The notes: generated by a model from the letters alone, not told the origin. DNA of 52,788 nucleotides from Candidatus Uhrbacteria bacterium (GCA_016206175.1 JACQSB010000002.1:1-52788); one strand, 5' to 3'; shown: positions 27,710 to 37,856, counted from the first letter of the stretch. Program-made: numbers and translations.

Positions 27710-28945
27710 TTACCCGATCTTACTCAATGCTTCAATGCCAGGCAGAGTTCCTTTTTCCATGAACTCCAACATTGCCGCGCCGCCCGTAGAGATATGCGTG
27801 ATTTTATCTAAGTATTCCTTTTTCGATATTGCTGCCAGCGTATCGCCGCCACCCACCACTGATGTTGCTTCCGTGTTCTCTGTAATCGCATAATAAGTAA
27901 AATCTGTTCCTCTCCGATATTGCGGGTTTTCAAAATATCCCACAGGGCCATTCCAAACAATTGTTTTTGCTTTGCTGATGAGCGCTCCGTATTTTGCCTG
28001 GCTTTCCGGACCAAGATCAAGGATTTGATCTTGCTTTGTGAGTTCGGTGATTCGTTTGATCGCGCTTGCGTTTTCAGTATTCTTCGGATCGCCGACAGCG
28101 ACATCCGACGGCAAGATCACTGCGGTATTTTTTTGTGCTGCCAAGAAAAGAAGCCGTCGTGCGTGTTCGATGCGTTCGTACTCGCAGAAGCTTTTCCCCA
28201 CTTCATATCCCTGCGCGGCAAGGAACGTATTTGCCAGTCCGCCGCCGATCAGAAGGTAATCCGCAAGCTCGAGCAGTTTGCCGATGAGCGCAATCTTCGT
28301 GGCAATCTTTGCGCCACCGATGATTGCGACAAACGGTTTTTTCGGCTGCTCTAATAAATGCCCGATCATCTCAACTTCTCGTTTCAGGAGCAATCCGCCA
28401 TAGGAAGGAAGATACTGCGGAATGCCGACGACCGACGCGTCAGTGCGGTGGCTCACGCCGAACGCATCATTGACATACACTTGCGCAAGCGATGCAAGCT
28501 TGCGCGCAAAATCAGGATCATTTTTCTTTTCTTCATTATAGAAACGAATGTTTTCTAACAAGAGCACTTCGTCGGCAGCTTGGTCTTTCGGATATTCTTT
28601 GCGAGATGCTTTCCCTGTTTCACTGCTTTTATCGACTACTAGATCGGTAAGAAAGTCATTGACGAGCCGGACAGAATGCCCCGGTAAGTATTGCTGTAAT
28701 TTGTCCGCAACAACTTGAAGAGAATACGTTTTATCGCGTCCTTCGGGCCTTCCGAGGTGAGAGATAATGATAAGGCGGTTATTGTTTTTCAGCAGGTGCG
28801 TAATTGTGCCAAGCGATTGTTGGATACGCGTATCATCCGCAATCGCGGAGCTTGCGTCGAGCGACACATTAAAATCAACGCGTAGCAGCACTTTCTTGTT
28901 TTTTATCTCCACACTGTCAATATATTCAATTTTCGATCGAGGCAT
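27710..28945 (-). CDS. pgk: Phosphoglycerate kinase
   Basis: LLRVDFNV, SHLGRP, LLENIRF, YVNDAFG.SHR, GGAKI..KI, WNGPVG.FE, GGGDT, ISTGGAA.LE. Confidence 0.97.
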   Translation of the reverse strand: MPRSKIEYIDSVEIKNKKVLLRVDFNVSLDASSAIADDTRIQQSLGTITHLLKNNNRLIIISHLGRPEGRDKTYSLQVVADKLQQYLPGHSVRLVNDFLTDLVVDKSSETGKASRKEYPKDQAADEVLLLENIRFYNEEKKNDPDFARKLASLAQVYVNDAFGVSHRTDASVVGIPQYLPSYGGLLLKREVEMIGHLLEQPKKPFVAIIGGAKIATKIALIGKLLELADYLLIGGGLANTFLAAQGYEVGKSFCEYERIEHARRLLFLAAQKNTAVILPSDVAVGDPKNTENASAIKRITELTKQDQILDLGPESQAKYGALISKAKTIVWNGPVGYFENPQYRRGTDFTYYAITENTEATSVVGGGDTLAAISKKEYLDKITHISTGGAAMLEFMEKGTLPGIEALSKIG

Positions 28946-28960
28946 ACGAGAGAAGAATTA

Positions 28961-29797
28961 TTAATTTTTCCATTCTTGCACTGCTTGTTTATAGCTTTCC
29001 GGATCGCCGACATCAAACCATTGTCCGGCAAATAGATATCCTCCAAGCTTTCGGTCCTTTGCCAGTTTTGGAAATACATCCCGCTCTAATCGCCTTGCGT
29101 GTGCAGGAATGGCATCAAAGATTTTTGGCTCACAGATTGCAATGCCTGCGTTGATTACTTTGGAGAGATCTTTGCGGTGGTCGGGTTTTTCGAGAAAAGA
29201 ATAAATCTTGCTTCCTTGTACTCGCACCACACCCCAAGAGGACGACTTGGTGACGGATGTCAGCGCGAGGGTTGCAACGCCGTTGTTTGCGATATGAAAA
29301 TCAAACATATCGTCAAAGTCGATGCGTGCCAGCACGTCGGCATAATACAGGACGAATGGCCCGCTGGACAACAATTTCTTCGCTTGTCGCACCGGCGTTG
29401 CGGTGCCGACTTCTGATGTGCCTTGTTCGAGATACGTGATCTTTACGCCGTAGCGGCTACCATCCCCAACGTGTTCACGTATTTTTTCGCCGTGATAACC
29501 GATCGAAAGGATGATCGAGCGAATGTCATGGCGCCGGAGATTTTCAATGATATGGTCTAATACCGGTCTGCCGTTTACCGGGATTAGGCACTTTGGCATC
29601 TCATAGGTGAAGGGGCGCATTTTTACCCCCTCTCCGCCGGCGAGAATCAATGCCTTGCGCAAACGAGGACCGAAATAGCGAGTAAGGACATACTCGATGG
29701 CGTGCGAGCGGTTGCGAATGCGCGTACCGTCGATATATTCATCGAGCTTACGTAAAATGTCTTTGTTTAGGGTGATCGTCAGTCTTCCTCGATCCAT
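28961..29797 (-). CDS. Ribbon-helix-helix domain fused to a sugar-phosphate nucleotidyltransferase domain
   Basis: N-terminal RLTITLNKDILRKLD...NRSHAIE (RHH); ALILAGGEGVKMRPFT..PKCLIPVNGRP; FLEKP; INAGI; WFDVG. Confidence 0.85.
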   Translation of the reverse strand: MDRGRLTITLNKDILRKLDEYIDGTRIRNRSHAIEYVLTRYFGPRLRKALILAGGEGVKMRPFTYEMPKCLIPVNGRPVLDHIIENLRRHDIRSIILSIGYHGEKIREHVGDGSRYGVKITYLEQGTSEVGTATPVRQAKKLLSSGPFVLYYADVLARIDFDDMFDFHIANNGVATLALTSVTKSSSWGVVRVQGSKIYSFLEKPDHRKDLSKVINAGIAICEPKIFDAIPAHARRLERDVFPKLAKDRKLGGYLFAGQWFDVGDPESYKQAVQEWKN

Positions 29798-29821
29798 AGG
29801 GATTTCGGCAAATTATTCTTG

Positions 29822-29853
29822 ATCATACTATATCATACGAAAGTATGGGTCAA
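29822..29853 (-). promoter_or_regulatory. Promoter and candidate RHH operator (CATAC repeats)
   Basis: ATCATAC at 29822 and 29832 (10-bp period) plus inverted GTATG at 29843, overlapping TTGACC-17 bp-TAGTAT on the minus strand. Confidence 0.45.
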
Positions 29854-29877
29854 GAAGCTCTTGTGGACAATATATCC

Positions 29878-29906
29878 TTGCCCCGTATCTTTTCACAGAG
29901 TACAAT
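29878..29906 (+). promoter_or_regulatory. Promoter giving a leaderless aminotransferase mRNA
   Basis: TTGCCC-17 bp-TACAAT; ATG is 6 nt downstream. Confidence 0.55.
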
Positions 29907-29912
29907 AACCCC

Positions 29913-31124
29913 ATGTCTCGACACCTCGCAGATTACTATTCTCGCTCTGTATCGATCACCCGCGCGTTGGATTGTTTCGTCTTTGACAGATCGGGGAAGA
30001 AATATCTCGACTGCATTGCCGGCTGGTGCGTCGGTACTGTCGGTTGGGGTAATGCCGAAGTGCGTGATGCGATCGTACAGGAAGCGGCGGAAGGAAGGTA
30101 TGTACCTCCGCTTTTTCGTTTTGAAAAACAGGAGGAATTCGCGACGCTACTTTGCAGGCTCGCGCCGCATAAAAAATTAATCAGAGCGTTTCGCTGCACA
30201 TCCGGTTCCGAGGCTGTCGAGTTTGCGATCAAATGCGCACGTGCCACAACGCGGAAAAGCAACATTGTTTCCATTGACGGCGTATATCACGGCCATACTT
30301 ACGGCGCGGCTGCTGTCGGTGAGGCATGCGGCAGAAACTCTGCAATGGCTCCCTGCCCCCCAGGCTTTTTGAAACTGCCGCTCCCTCATCCATTGCACGG
30401 TCCGAGCGAGGATGCTGTTATAGAAGAATTCGCAAAACTTGTTCAGAGCACTGCCGACATAGCCGCTTTTATGAGTGAACCTGTTTGGACCAATGCCGGC
30501 GCAATCGTGCCGTCATCTTCTTTTTACCCGAGGATCGAACGCATTTGCCGCAAGAATAACATCCTTTTTATCATGGACGAGGTTGCTACCGGCTTCGGGC
30601 ATTGCGGTACGCTTTTTGCAAGTGAGTTATGGGGTCTGCAGCCAGATATCCTCTGTCTCGGCAAAGGGATTAGCGGCGGGTATGGGACCATTGCGGCAAC
30701 TCTCGTCACAGAGTCAGTATTCCGTAAAAGCAGATCGATCCCTTCGTACTCAACTTTTGGCTGGGTGCCGCTCGACATGGCGGCCGCGCGAGCAAATATC
30801 GAAATCATTGTTCGTGAAAAATTATGGAAGAACGCTTCTGATGTCGGTGCCTATTTTCTCGAACAGCTTCGCGCAGCGTTTTTATCCCATCCGTGCGTTG
30901 GTGATATTCGCGGCATCGGGCTTGTCCTTGGTATCGAGATTGTGAAAAATAAAAAAAAGAACACACCGGATAAGATCCGAGCATTCCTCATACAGCGCGC
31001 ATGTGAAAAAAGAGGACTCCTCCTTGAGACCATTGATGGCGTACTCTTTTTGACTCCCCCTCTGATCTTTAGCCGTGCTCATGCCGACGAAGCAGTCAGT
31101 ATTCTGAAGAAAGTGCTGCGATGA
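29913..31124 (+). CDS. Class III PLP-dependent aminotransferase
   Basis: GKKYLDC, SGSEAVEFAIK, YHGHTYGA, FIMDEVATGFG, PDILCLGKGISGG, IRGIGLVLG. Confidence 0.92.
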   Translation: MSRHLADYYSRSVSITRALDCFVFDRSGKKYLDCIAGWCVGTVGWGNAEVRDAIVQEAAEGRYVPPLFRFEKQEEFATLLCRLAPHKKLIRAFRCTSGSEAVEFAIKCARATTRKSNIVSIDGVYHGHTYGAAAVGEACGRNSAMAPCPPGFLKLPLPHPLHGPSEDAVIEEFAKLVQSTADIAAFMSEPVWTNAGAIVPSSSFYPRIERICRKNNILFIMDEVATGFGHCGTLFASELWGLQPDILCLGKGISGGYGTIAATLVTESVFRKSRSIPSYSTFGWVPLDMAAARANIEIIVREKLWKNASDVGAYFLEQLRAAFLSHPCVGDIRGIGLVLGIEIVKNKKKNTPDKIRAFLIQRACEKRGLLLETIDGVLFLTPPLIFSRAHADEAVSILKKVLR

Positions 31125-31135
31125 TTTTGTTTCCT

Positions 31136-31777
31136 ATGCTTTTTTACGATCGGCGCGATGCCGCAAACAAATTAGCGGAGGCGCTAAAAAAATACGAAGG
31201 CAAACAAAATACGATTGTTGTCGCGTTGCCTCGCGGCGGAGTAGTGCTCGGTCGCATCGTTGCTGATGCCTTGCATGTTCCTCTTGATATCGTTGTGCCA
31301 CGCAAGATCGGGTACCCCGGCAATGAAGAATACGCTATTGGCGCACTGACCGAGACGGGTGATATCATCTGGAACGAAGAAGAACGTGCGCATGCCAACA
31401 AAGCAGAGCTTGAAAAAATTGTGGAGCGAGAGAAAAAAGAAGCACAACGTCGGCTATCGAAATATCGCGCTGGCATGCCAGATCGAAACTTTACGGGCAA
31501 GACGTTGATCATCGTTGATGACGGCATCGCGACTGGCTTAACCATGTTTGCTGCGATTAAAAGTGTCCGCACGCTTGGCGCTGCACATATCATTGTAGCG
31601 ATTCCGGGCGGACCGGCAGATACGGTTGAGAAGTTGAGGGAAGAAAAAGACATTGATGACGTTATTGTATTAGAAATTCCTTCATTGTTTTTTGCGGTCG
31701 GAGGGCTGTATCAGGAGTTTGGCCAAGTTGAAGATGAAGAGGTTATTAAGTTTATGAAAATAGCAACTAACAAATAA
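31136..31777 (+). CDS. Phosphoribosyltransferase family protein
   Basis: F.DRRDA..KLA, ALPRGGV, RKIGYPGNEEYAIGA, IIVDDGIATGLT, FFAVGGLYQEF.QV.DEEV. Confidence 0.9.
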   Translation: MLFYDRRDAANKLAEALKKYEGKQNTIVVALPRGGVVLGRIVADALHVPLDIVVPRKIGYPGNEEYAIGALTETGDIIWNEEERAHANKAELEKIVEREKKEAQRRLSKYRAGMPDRNFTGKTLIIVDDGIATGLTMFAAIKSVRTLGAAHIIVAIPGGPADTVEKLREEKDIDDVIVLEIPSLFFAVGGLYQEFGQVEDEEVIKFMKIATNK

Positions 31778-31809
31778 CACATGAAGCGAATCGTCATTCA
31801 CGGACCTGT

Positions 31810-32733
31810 ATGGTAAAAACCCTTGTATACACACTTCCGGATCCAACATCATGCGAGCAGTACATTCGCGATCAACTCGCATCTCCTGATTCTCCTTCGG
31901 CATTATGGAAGATGTTTCCAAACGGCGAACATTATGTGCGTCTGCCGCTGGTAGAGAAAGAAGTGGTAATAGTTGGCCGTACTTGGGGCGCGAGCGATAA
32001 TCTTTTTAAAACGCTGCTTTTAGTCCATGCGGCGAAACGGAACGGCGCGAAGCGCATCATTCTTGTCTTAACGTATTACGCATATTCCCGGCAAGACAGA
32101 ATGCGGCTTGAGGGCGAGCCGCTTTCAGGTTGGCTCGTTGCACACATATGCGCACAAGCCGGTGCGAGTGAGGTTATTACGATGGACCTCCATAGCAGGC
32201 GCGTGCAAGAAGAAAGCCCCATCCCTATCATCAGCGTTCCCTTCATCCAAGAACTCGCGCGGGCGTTTTGCGATGCGGAGCCTTCATTTGGGGATGTGAC
32301 AGTCGTTGCCCCTGATAAAGGAGCAAAAGATCACGCAAATGAATTTGCAAATTATTTGAAAGCAGGCAAGGAATGTATTTGGATCGAAAAAGAGCGGGAT
32401 CCGATAACCGGAGCAGTGCGTCAAGGCATTGTTCATGGTCTTGCTCACAACGGCCGAGCAGTATTGCTCGATGATATGCTTGATACCGGAGGCACGATCG
32501 CAGCGTCAGTGAATACGTTACGAGAACGCGGTTTTCATACCGTCTCTCTTTGCGTTACGCACCCCATTTTCTCCGGTGAAGCTCCTGCCCGGATGAGTAA
32601 GCTTGGTTTTTCGCACATCATTGTTTCAGACACTCTACCCCTCTCTGATGCCGCCGCTCACCTGCCAGGCATCCATGTCGTGCCAGCAGGTCCGAAACTT
32701 TGCGAAGTTATCTCCCGATCCCTTCGTAGGTAA
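31810..32733 (+). CDS. prs: Ribose-phosphate pyrophosphokinase
   Basis: FPNGEHYVR, YYAYSRQDR, MDLHS, VVAPDKGA, DDMLDTGGT, THPIFS. Confidence 0.9.
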   Translation: MVKTLVYTLPDPTSCEQYIRDQLASPDSPSALWKMFPNGEHYVRLPLVEKEVVIVGRTWGASDNLFKTLLLVHAAKRNGAKRIILVLTYYAYSRQDRMRLEGEPLSGWLVAHICAQAGASEVITMDLHSRRVQEESPIPIISVPFIQELARAFCDAEPSFGDVTVVAPDKGAKDHANEFANYLKAGKECIWIEKERDPITGAVRQGIVHGLAHNGRAVLLDDMLDTGGTIAASVNTLRERGFHTVSLCVTHPIFSGEAPARMSKLGFSHIIVSDTLPLSDAAAHLPGIHVVPAGPKLCEVISRSLRR

Positions 32734-34012
32734 ATCCTGCCGCTTCGGCTGCGTTTCGCTCCAGCATATTCATGCCGTCAACGATCAATACTCCTGTTGT
32801 GATTGATCGTATTTCTTTGAGGCTCATTGCCTGAAATTCATCCCAGGCAGTGAGAAGCAAAAGCGCGTCTGCACCGCGCGCTGCATCATGGAGAGATGTA
32901 ACAAACGTAACCTCACCTGATCGAGAAAACATTTTTTTGAATGGTTCATTTGCTACCGGATCATAAGCAGTGATACGCGCACCATGATCGAGGAGTTCAT
33001 GAATGATGCGCAGCGCAGGCGCGCTACGTACATCATCTGTCATTGGTTTGAACGCCAATCCTAATACGGCGATGCGCGCCCCATGCAAGTTTTTCAAGTG
33101 TTTTTGCAGCTTTGTGATGACAATACGGTAGCGCAGATCATTGACGGTACTTAATGCTTTGATGATTTTGAACTCGTACCCATGTTCTTCCCCGCTCAAG
33201 GCTAGCGCTTTGACATCTTTTCCAAAACAACTTCCCCCGTATCCGATACCAGCACGCAAAAAGTGAGAGCCGATCCGTTTATCCAGTCCAATCGCATGTG
33301 CTACTTGTTTGACATCTGCTCCTACTAATTCGCAAAAGTCAGCGATTTCATTGATAAAAGAAATCCGAAGAGCAAGCATGGAATTTGCAGCGTATTTCGT
33401 CAGTTCTGCCGTAGCGATGTTTGTTGCGATAAAAGGAACGCCATCTTCAATCAGCGGGCGGTAGAGTGCGCGTAATCGTTGTTCTGCTTCAGGATGGTCA
33501 ACGCCCACTACAATGCGGTCAGGATGCAAGAAATCCTCTACAGCCGTTCCTTCTTTGAGAAATTCAGGATTCGTTGCGACGTAAAATTGATCGTCTCCGC
33601 GCGCTTTGCTGATCGTCTCGCGGATTTTTTCGATGGTGCCGACCGGAGCAGTTGATTTGTTGATGAAAAGCGTGCCGGTAGCACAAAGAGGAGCAACGGT
33701 TTTTGCGGCATTCAATAGATAGGTGAGATTTGCTTTTCCATACTCGCCTTCCGGAGTGTTGACGGCGAAAAATACTGCTTCGGCATCTTTTACCGCATCT
33801 TTGATGTCAGTGGTGAATCGGATGCGCCCCTTCGAGAGGTTCTCTTTCAGAAGATCTTCAAGGCCAAGCTCATAGATGGGGCAGATGCCGCGCGCAAGCT
33901 TTTCAATTTTTGCAGGGTCGATATCGGCACACACTACCGAGTTGCCGAAATGGGCAAATCCTACTCCGGCAGTGAGGCCCACATACCCGCTTCCGATTAT
34001 TGCAATTCGCAT
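32708..34012 (-). CDS. ugd: UDP-glucose/GDP-mannose 6-dehydrogenase
   Basis: IGSGYVGL, AVNTP, KSTAPVGT, NPEFLKEG, AELTKYAANS.LA.RISFINE, GYGGSCFGKD, GLAFKP.TDD.R. Confidence 0.93.
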   Translation of the reverse strand: MRIAIIGSGYVGLTAGVGFAHFGNSVVCADIDPAKIEKLARGICPIYELGLEDLLKENLSKGRIRFTTDIKDAVKDAEAVFFAVNTPEGEYGKANLTYLLNAAKTVAPLCATGTLFINKSTAPVGTIEKIRETISKARGDDQFYVATNPEFLKEGTAVEDFLHPDRIVVGVDHPEAEQRLRALYRPLIEDGVPFIATNIATAELTKYAANSMLALRISFINEIADFCELVGADVKQVAHAIGLDKRIGSHFLRAGIGYGGSCFGKDVKALALSGEEHGYEFKIIKALSTVNDLRYRIVITKLQKHLKNLHGARIAVLGLAFKPMTDDVRSAPALRIIHELLDHGARITAYDPVANEPFKKMFSRSGEVTFVTSLHDAARGADALLLLTAWDEFQAMSLKEIRSITTGVLIVDGMNMLERNAAEAAGFTYEGIGR

Positions 34013-34080
34013 AAGATAAATAGAGTTTCAACAAATCGTATCACAGGGGATTCTTTTGTACAATAACACAGTTTCTCCTC

Positions 34081-34109
34081 TTGTATTTCCTCTGTTTCCA
34101 TGATAAAAT
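34081..34109 (+). promoter_or_regulatory. Putative promoter of the MBL-gyrA unit
   Basis: TTGTAT-17 bp-TAAAAT with extended TG; a divergent TTGTAC-17 bp-TACGAT on the minus strand precedes ugd. Confidence 0.45.
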
Positions 34110-34159
34110 CTCATCATCCAGTTTGAAGCAACCAGCATCTGTTTCTTAACATCTATGTT

Positions 34160-34786
34160 ATGATCTTTCAGTGGTATGGCCACGCCTGTTTTCGCCTTCA
34201 AGCAAATGGGCAAGACGCCACAATTTTGATCGATCCGTATGACGCCAGTATTGGATGGAAATTACCGCGCATTTCGGCAGATATTGTGCTTGTTTCGACT
34301 GACATAAAGGAACATTCTGCCATTGATACCGTGAAAAAGACGGGAGATGCGGAGCCGTTCATCATCAAAGAGGCGGGTGAGTATGAAGTGCGGGGAGTAT
34401 TATTGCACGCGCTGCCAGTGGGGAACACACGCATTTTTGTCATTCGCGCAGATGACATGGCTATCTTGCACTGCGGCACATTGAATCGGAGTTTTACTGA
34501 AGAGGAACTCGACAGCATTGGCCGCGTTGATATCCTTATTGTTCCGGTAGGCGGCGGAGCGGTGCTCGATGCGCGGAAAGCTTCAGACCTTGTTAATGAG
34601 CTCGAGCCGCGGGTGGTCATTCCCATGCAGTATCGTCTCGCCGGTTTGAAAAAGACAGCAGATCCTCTTGATCCGTTTCTCAAGGAGCTCGGCATGAAGC
34701 GTCCCGAAGCAGTTGATAAATTCAAAATATTGAAGAAAGACCTGCCAGCGGAAGATATGCTTTTGGTCGAGTGTAAACCTGTTTAG
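34160..34786 (+). CDS. Metallo-beta-lactamase-fold protein with degenerate metal motifs
   Basis: WYGHACFRL, LIDPY, GEYEVRGV, DILIVPVGG, LEPRVVIPMQY; the HxHxDH position reads STDIKEH. Confidence 0.8.
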   Translation: MIFQWYGHACFRLQANGQDATILIDPYDASIGWKLPRISADIVLVSTDIKEHSAIDTVKKTGDAEPFIIKEAGEYEVRGVLLHALPVGNTRIFVIRADDMAILHCGTLNRSFTEEELDSIGRVDILIVPVGGGAVLDARKASDLVNELEPRVVIPMQYRLAGLKKTADPLDPFLKELGMKRPEAVDKFKILKKDLPAEDMLLVECKPV

Positions 34787-34797
34787 CGCGTTATGCC

Positions 34798-35172
34798 ATG
34801 CAAGATTCACCAGAGAAACGCGCGAAGGCAGTAAAAATCATTGTCGGCATTTGTTTTGCATTGATTCTTGTCGCATATCTTCCGCTCGCATTTGGCCGCA
34901 TAAAGGCACTGTTTCATTCATTGGGTCAGGCGAGCGCAACAGCAGAAGAACGCACGCAGCAGTTGTGGGGCGGAGGCGTAAGTGAAAAATTCAAGGCGGC
35001 AGCGCAACGGACGCAGGAACAGTGGAGTGCGTTTCAGGAATTTCAAGCAAATCAAAAACAATCGCAGAGCGATGAAACTTCACCGAATGAAATCATAGAA
35101 TTCACACAAGAAGTGCAACGCGCGGTAGCTGATCAGACAGCCAGCAGTTCCGCGACGTCCACTCAACACTAG
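34798..35172 (+). CDS. Hypothetical single-TM protein
   Basis: N-terminal hydrophobic helix followed by a Q/S/T-rich helical tail; spaced like an operon member between neighbours. Confidence 0.65.
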   Translation: MQDSPEKRAKAVKIIVGICFALILVAYLPLAFGRIKALFHSLGQASATAEERTQQLWGGGVSEKFKAAAQRTQEQWSAFQEFQANQKQSQSDETSPNEIIEFTQEVQRAVADQTASSSATSTQH

Positions 35173-35185
35173 CGCCCTTTATAGT

Positions 35186-37699
35186 ATGAAAAAAAAGCCA
35201 ATCAATAAAAAAAATTCGTCGGGTCAGGAAGAAGAAAAGCAGCCTGAAATTGTTGCGACCGGCAAAATCATCCCCGCCAACATTGTAGATGAGATGCAGG
35301 AGGCGTATCTCGACTACGCTATGTCTGTAATTGTTTCCCGCGCATTGCCCGACGTTCGTGATGGGCTTAAGCCTGTCCATCGCCGTATTTTGTATGCGAT
35401 GTGGGATATGGGACTGAAAGCGGGTGCGAAATTCCGCAAGTCAGCAACCGTGATCGGAGATGTGCTTGGCCGTTTTCATCCGCACGGCGATACACCGGTC
35501 TATGACGCGCTGGTGCGCATGGCGCAGGATTTTTCGATGCGCTATCCACTCGTGCATGGCCAAGGAAACTTTGGAAGCGTTGATGGTGACTCCCCTGCCG
35601 CCTATCGCTACACAGAGGCAAAGCTTGCACGCATTTCCGAAGAGCTCCTCTATGACATCGAACGCGAGACAGTTGATTTTGTTCCCAACTACGATGGTAC
35701 GCACAAGGAGCCGGTTGTCCTTCCGTCAAAGCTTCCTAACCTTCTGCTCAACGGGACCGTCGGCATTGCGGTTGGCATGGCGACAAATATCCCCCCGCAC
35801 AATGTCGGTGAGCTCTGCGATGCAGTGATTCACCTGATTGATAACCCTCATGCGAGCGTTGACGACCTTCTCGAATTTGTGAAGGGACCGGACTTTCCTA
35901 CGGGAGGAATCATCTATGATATAAAAGCATTGCAGCAAGCGTACACTATGGGCCGTGGCGGCATTGTCATGCGTTCGCGCGCCGAGATCGTCGAGACGAA
36001 AAACAACATGTTTCAGATCGTGGTGACCGAGATCCCCTATCAAGTCAATAAGGCGAATGTATTGGAAAAAATAGCGGAATTGGTGCAAACCAAAAAAATC
36101 GAGGGAATCAGAGATTTGCGCGACGAGTCAAACAAAGATGGCATTCGAATGGTGATCGAATTAAAAAAAGACGCGTATCCAAAAAAGATTCTCAACCAAC
36201 TGTATAAATCGACGCAACTGCAAGACACGTTCCATTTTAACATGGTGGCGCTCGTAGATGGTATCCAACCGCGCACACTGAATCTTAAAACCGTTCTTGA
36301 GGAGTTTATCAAGCATCGCGAGAACGTGGTGCGCCGCCGCGCTGAATATGACCTAGCCCGCGCGAAAGATCGTGCGCATATATTGGAGGGTTTGAAAATC
36401 GCATTGGATTCGATTGATGCTGTCATTAAAACAATCAAACAGTCACGCGATAAAGATGAAGCGCGCGTGAACCTCATGAAAAAGTTTAAGCTCTCCGAGC
36501 GGCAGGCGGTTGCGATTCTGGAGATGCGCCTCCAGCAGCTTGCCAACCTCGAACGCCTCAAAATCGAGCAAGAGCTGAAAGAAAAGCGTGCGCTCATTCG
36601 TGAACTGGAAGCATTGCTTGCTTCAGTGAAAAAAATCCGTGGCGTGGTGCGGGACGAGACCATAGCCCAAAAAGAACAGTATCACGATGAACGGCGTACG
36701 CAGATCGTGAAAGGCGCAGTGGGTAAGTTTGAACAAGAAGATTTGATACCGAATGAATCGACGATCGTAGTGATAACGCGCGATGGCTACATCAAGCGTC
36801 TGCCACCCGATACGTTCCGTACGCAGGAGCGCGGCGGCAAAGGCGTGCTCGGATTGACGACAAAAGAGGAAGATACTGTCGAGCATCTCTTTGGCTGCAT
36901 GACACACAATGATCTGCTGTTCTTTACGACGCGCGGGCGCGTATTCCAGTTGAAAGCGTATGACATACCGCTTGCATCGCGTACTGCCAAAGGCCAAGCG
37001 ATCGTAAACTTTCTCCAGCTTTCGCAAAATGAAAAAATTACTGCCGTGCTTTCGCTTGCCGGTCTGACGAAATACAAGTATCTCATGTCGGTGACGCGCA
37101 ATGGGCTCATCAAAAAGACTGACATTGAAGATTTCAAGTCCGTGCGGCGCTCCGGTTTAATCGCTGTCACGCTCAAAGGAGATGATGCGCTTGAGTGGGT
37201 GCGGCCGACATCCGGCAAGGACGAAGTGTTGCTCGTCACAGCGCAAGGACAGGCGATCCGCTTTAAGGAAACTGACGTACGCCCTATGGGCCGTGTCGCT
37301 GCCGGCGTACGTGCGATCCGTCTCAAGCGCGATGATGTTGTTGTCGGCATGGACTTGCTTCCCGGATCGCAAAAAGATGCCCATGTGCTTATAGTGATGG
37401 AAAACGGGTACGGCAAGCGTTCGAGCGTCAAGAGTTACAAGACGCAAGCTCGCGGCGGAAGCGGTTTAAAGACCGCAAAGGTTACCCCGAAGACCGGGAA
37501 GATTGTCATGGGTAAGGTTGTTGACATGACCAATCTGCCCGAAGGCGAAAAAGGCGATATGCTTATCATCTCTGAAAAAGGGCAAGTGATCCGCATCACC
37601 TTAAAAGGGGTTTCCGTACTCGGCCGCGCAACGCAAGGCGTACGGCTCATGCGATTCAAAGAAGACGGCGATAAGGTTGCGTCCGTGACATTGATTTAA
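35186..37699 (+). CDS. gyrA: DNA gyrase subunit A
   Basis: [40 protein letters not shown], GyrA-box QERGGKG, C-terminal pinwheel repeats. Confidence 0.98.
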   Translation: MKKKPINKKNSSGQEEEKQPEIVATGKIIPANIVDEMQEAYLDYAMSVIVSRALPDVRDGLKPVHRRILYAMWDMGLKAGAKFRKSATVIGDVLGRFHPHGDTPVYDALVRMAQDFSMRYPLVHGQGNFGSVDGDSPAAYRYTEAKLARISEELLYDIERETVDFVPNYDGTHKEPVVLPSKLPNLLLNGTVGIAVGMATNIPPHNVGELCDAVIHLIDNPHASVDDLLEFVKGPDFPTGGIIYDIKALQQAYTMGRGGIVMRSRAEIVETKNNMFQIVVTEIPYQVNKANVLEKIAELVQTKKIEGIRDLRDESNKDGIRMVIELKKDAYPKKILNQLYKSTQLQDTFHFNMVALVDGIQPRTLNLKTVLEEFIKHRENVVRRRAEYDLARAKDRAHILEGLKIALDSIDAVIKTIKQSRDKDEARVNLMKKFKLSERQAVAILEMRLQQLANLERLKIEQELKEKRALIRELEALLASVKKIRGVVRDETIAQKEQYHDERRTQIVKGAVGKFEQEDLIPNESTIVVITRDGYIKRLPPDTFRTQERGGKGVLGLTTKEEDTVEHLFGCMTHNDLLFFTTRGRVFQLKAYDIPLASRTAKGQAIVNFLQLSQNEKITAVLSLAGLTKYKYLMSVTRNGLIKKTDIEDFKSVRRSGLIAVTLKGDDALEWVRPTSGKDEVLLVTAQGQAIRFKETDVRPMGRVAAGVRAIRLKRDDVVVGMDLLPGSQKDAHVLIVMENGYGKRSSVKSYKTQARGGSGLKTAKVTPKTGKIVMGKVVDMTNLPEGEKGDMLIISEKGQVIRITLKGVSVLGRATQGVRLMRFKEDGDKVASVTLI

Positions 37700-37856
37700 C
37701 CAAATCCGCCATAGCATGGATCGCCGTGCGCACGCGATGCTCGCGACTGTTCCTCTTTCGGGATGGAGAGCATTTGAGCGGCGGTTGGCGATCAAAGCAA
37801 AAGCGCTAGAGTGATTCTACAATTGGACATATCTAAGTATACAGTTCGTTTCCTCT

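Noticed and set aside
31781-31816. Short ORF MKRIVIHGPVW as a frameshifted prs N-terminus
   Set aside because: The ORF from 31810 already gives a normal-length N-terminus before FPNGE.
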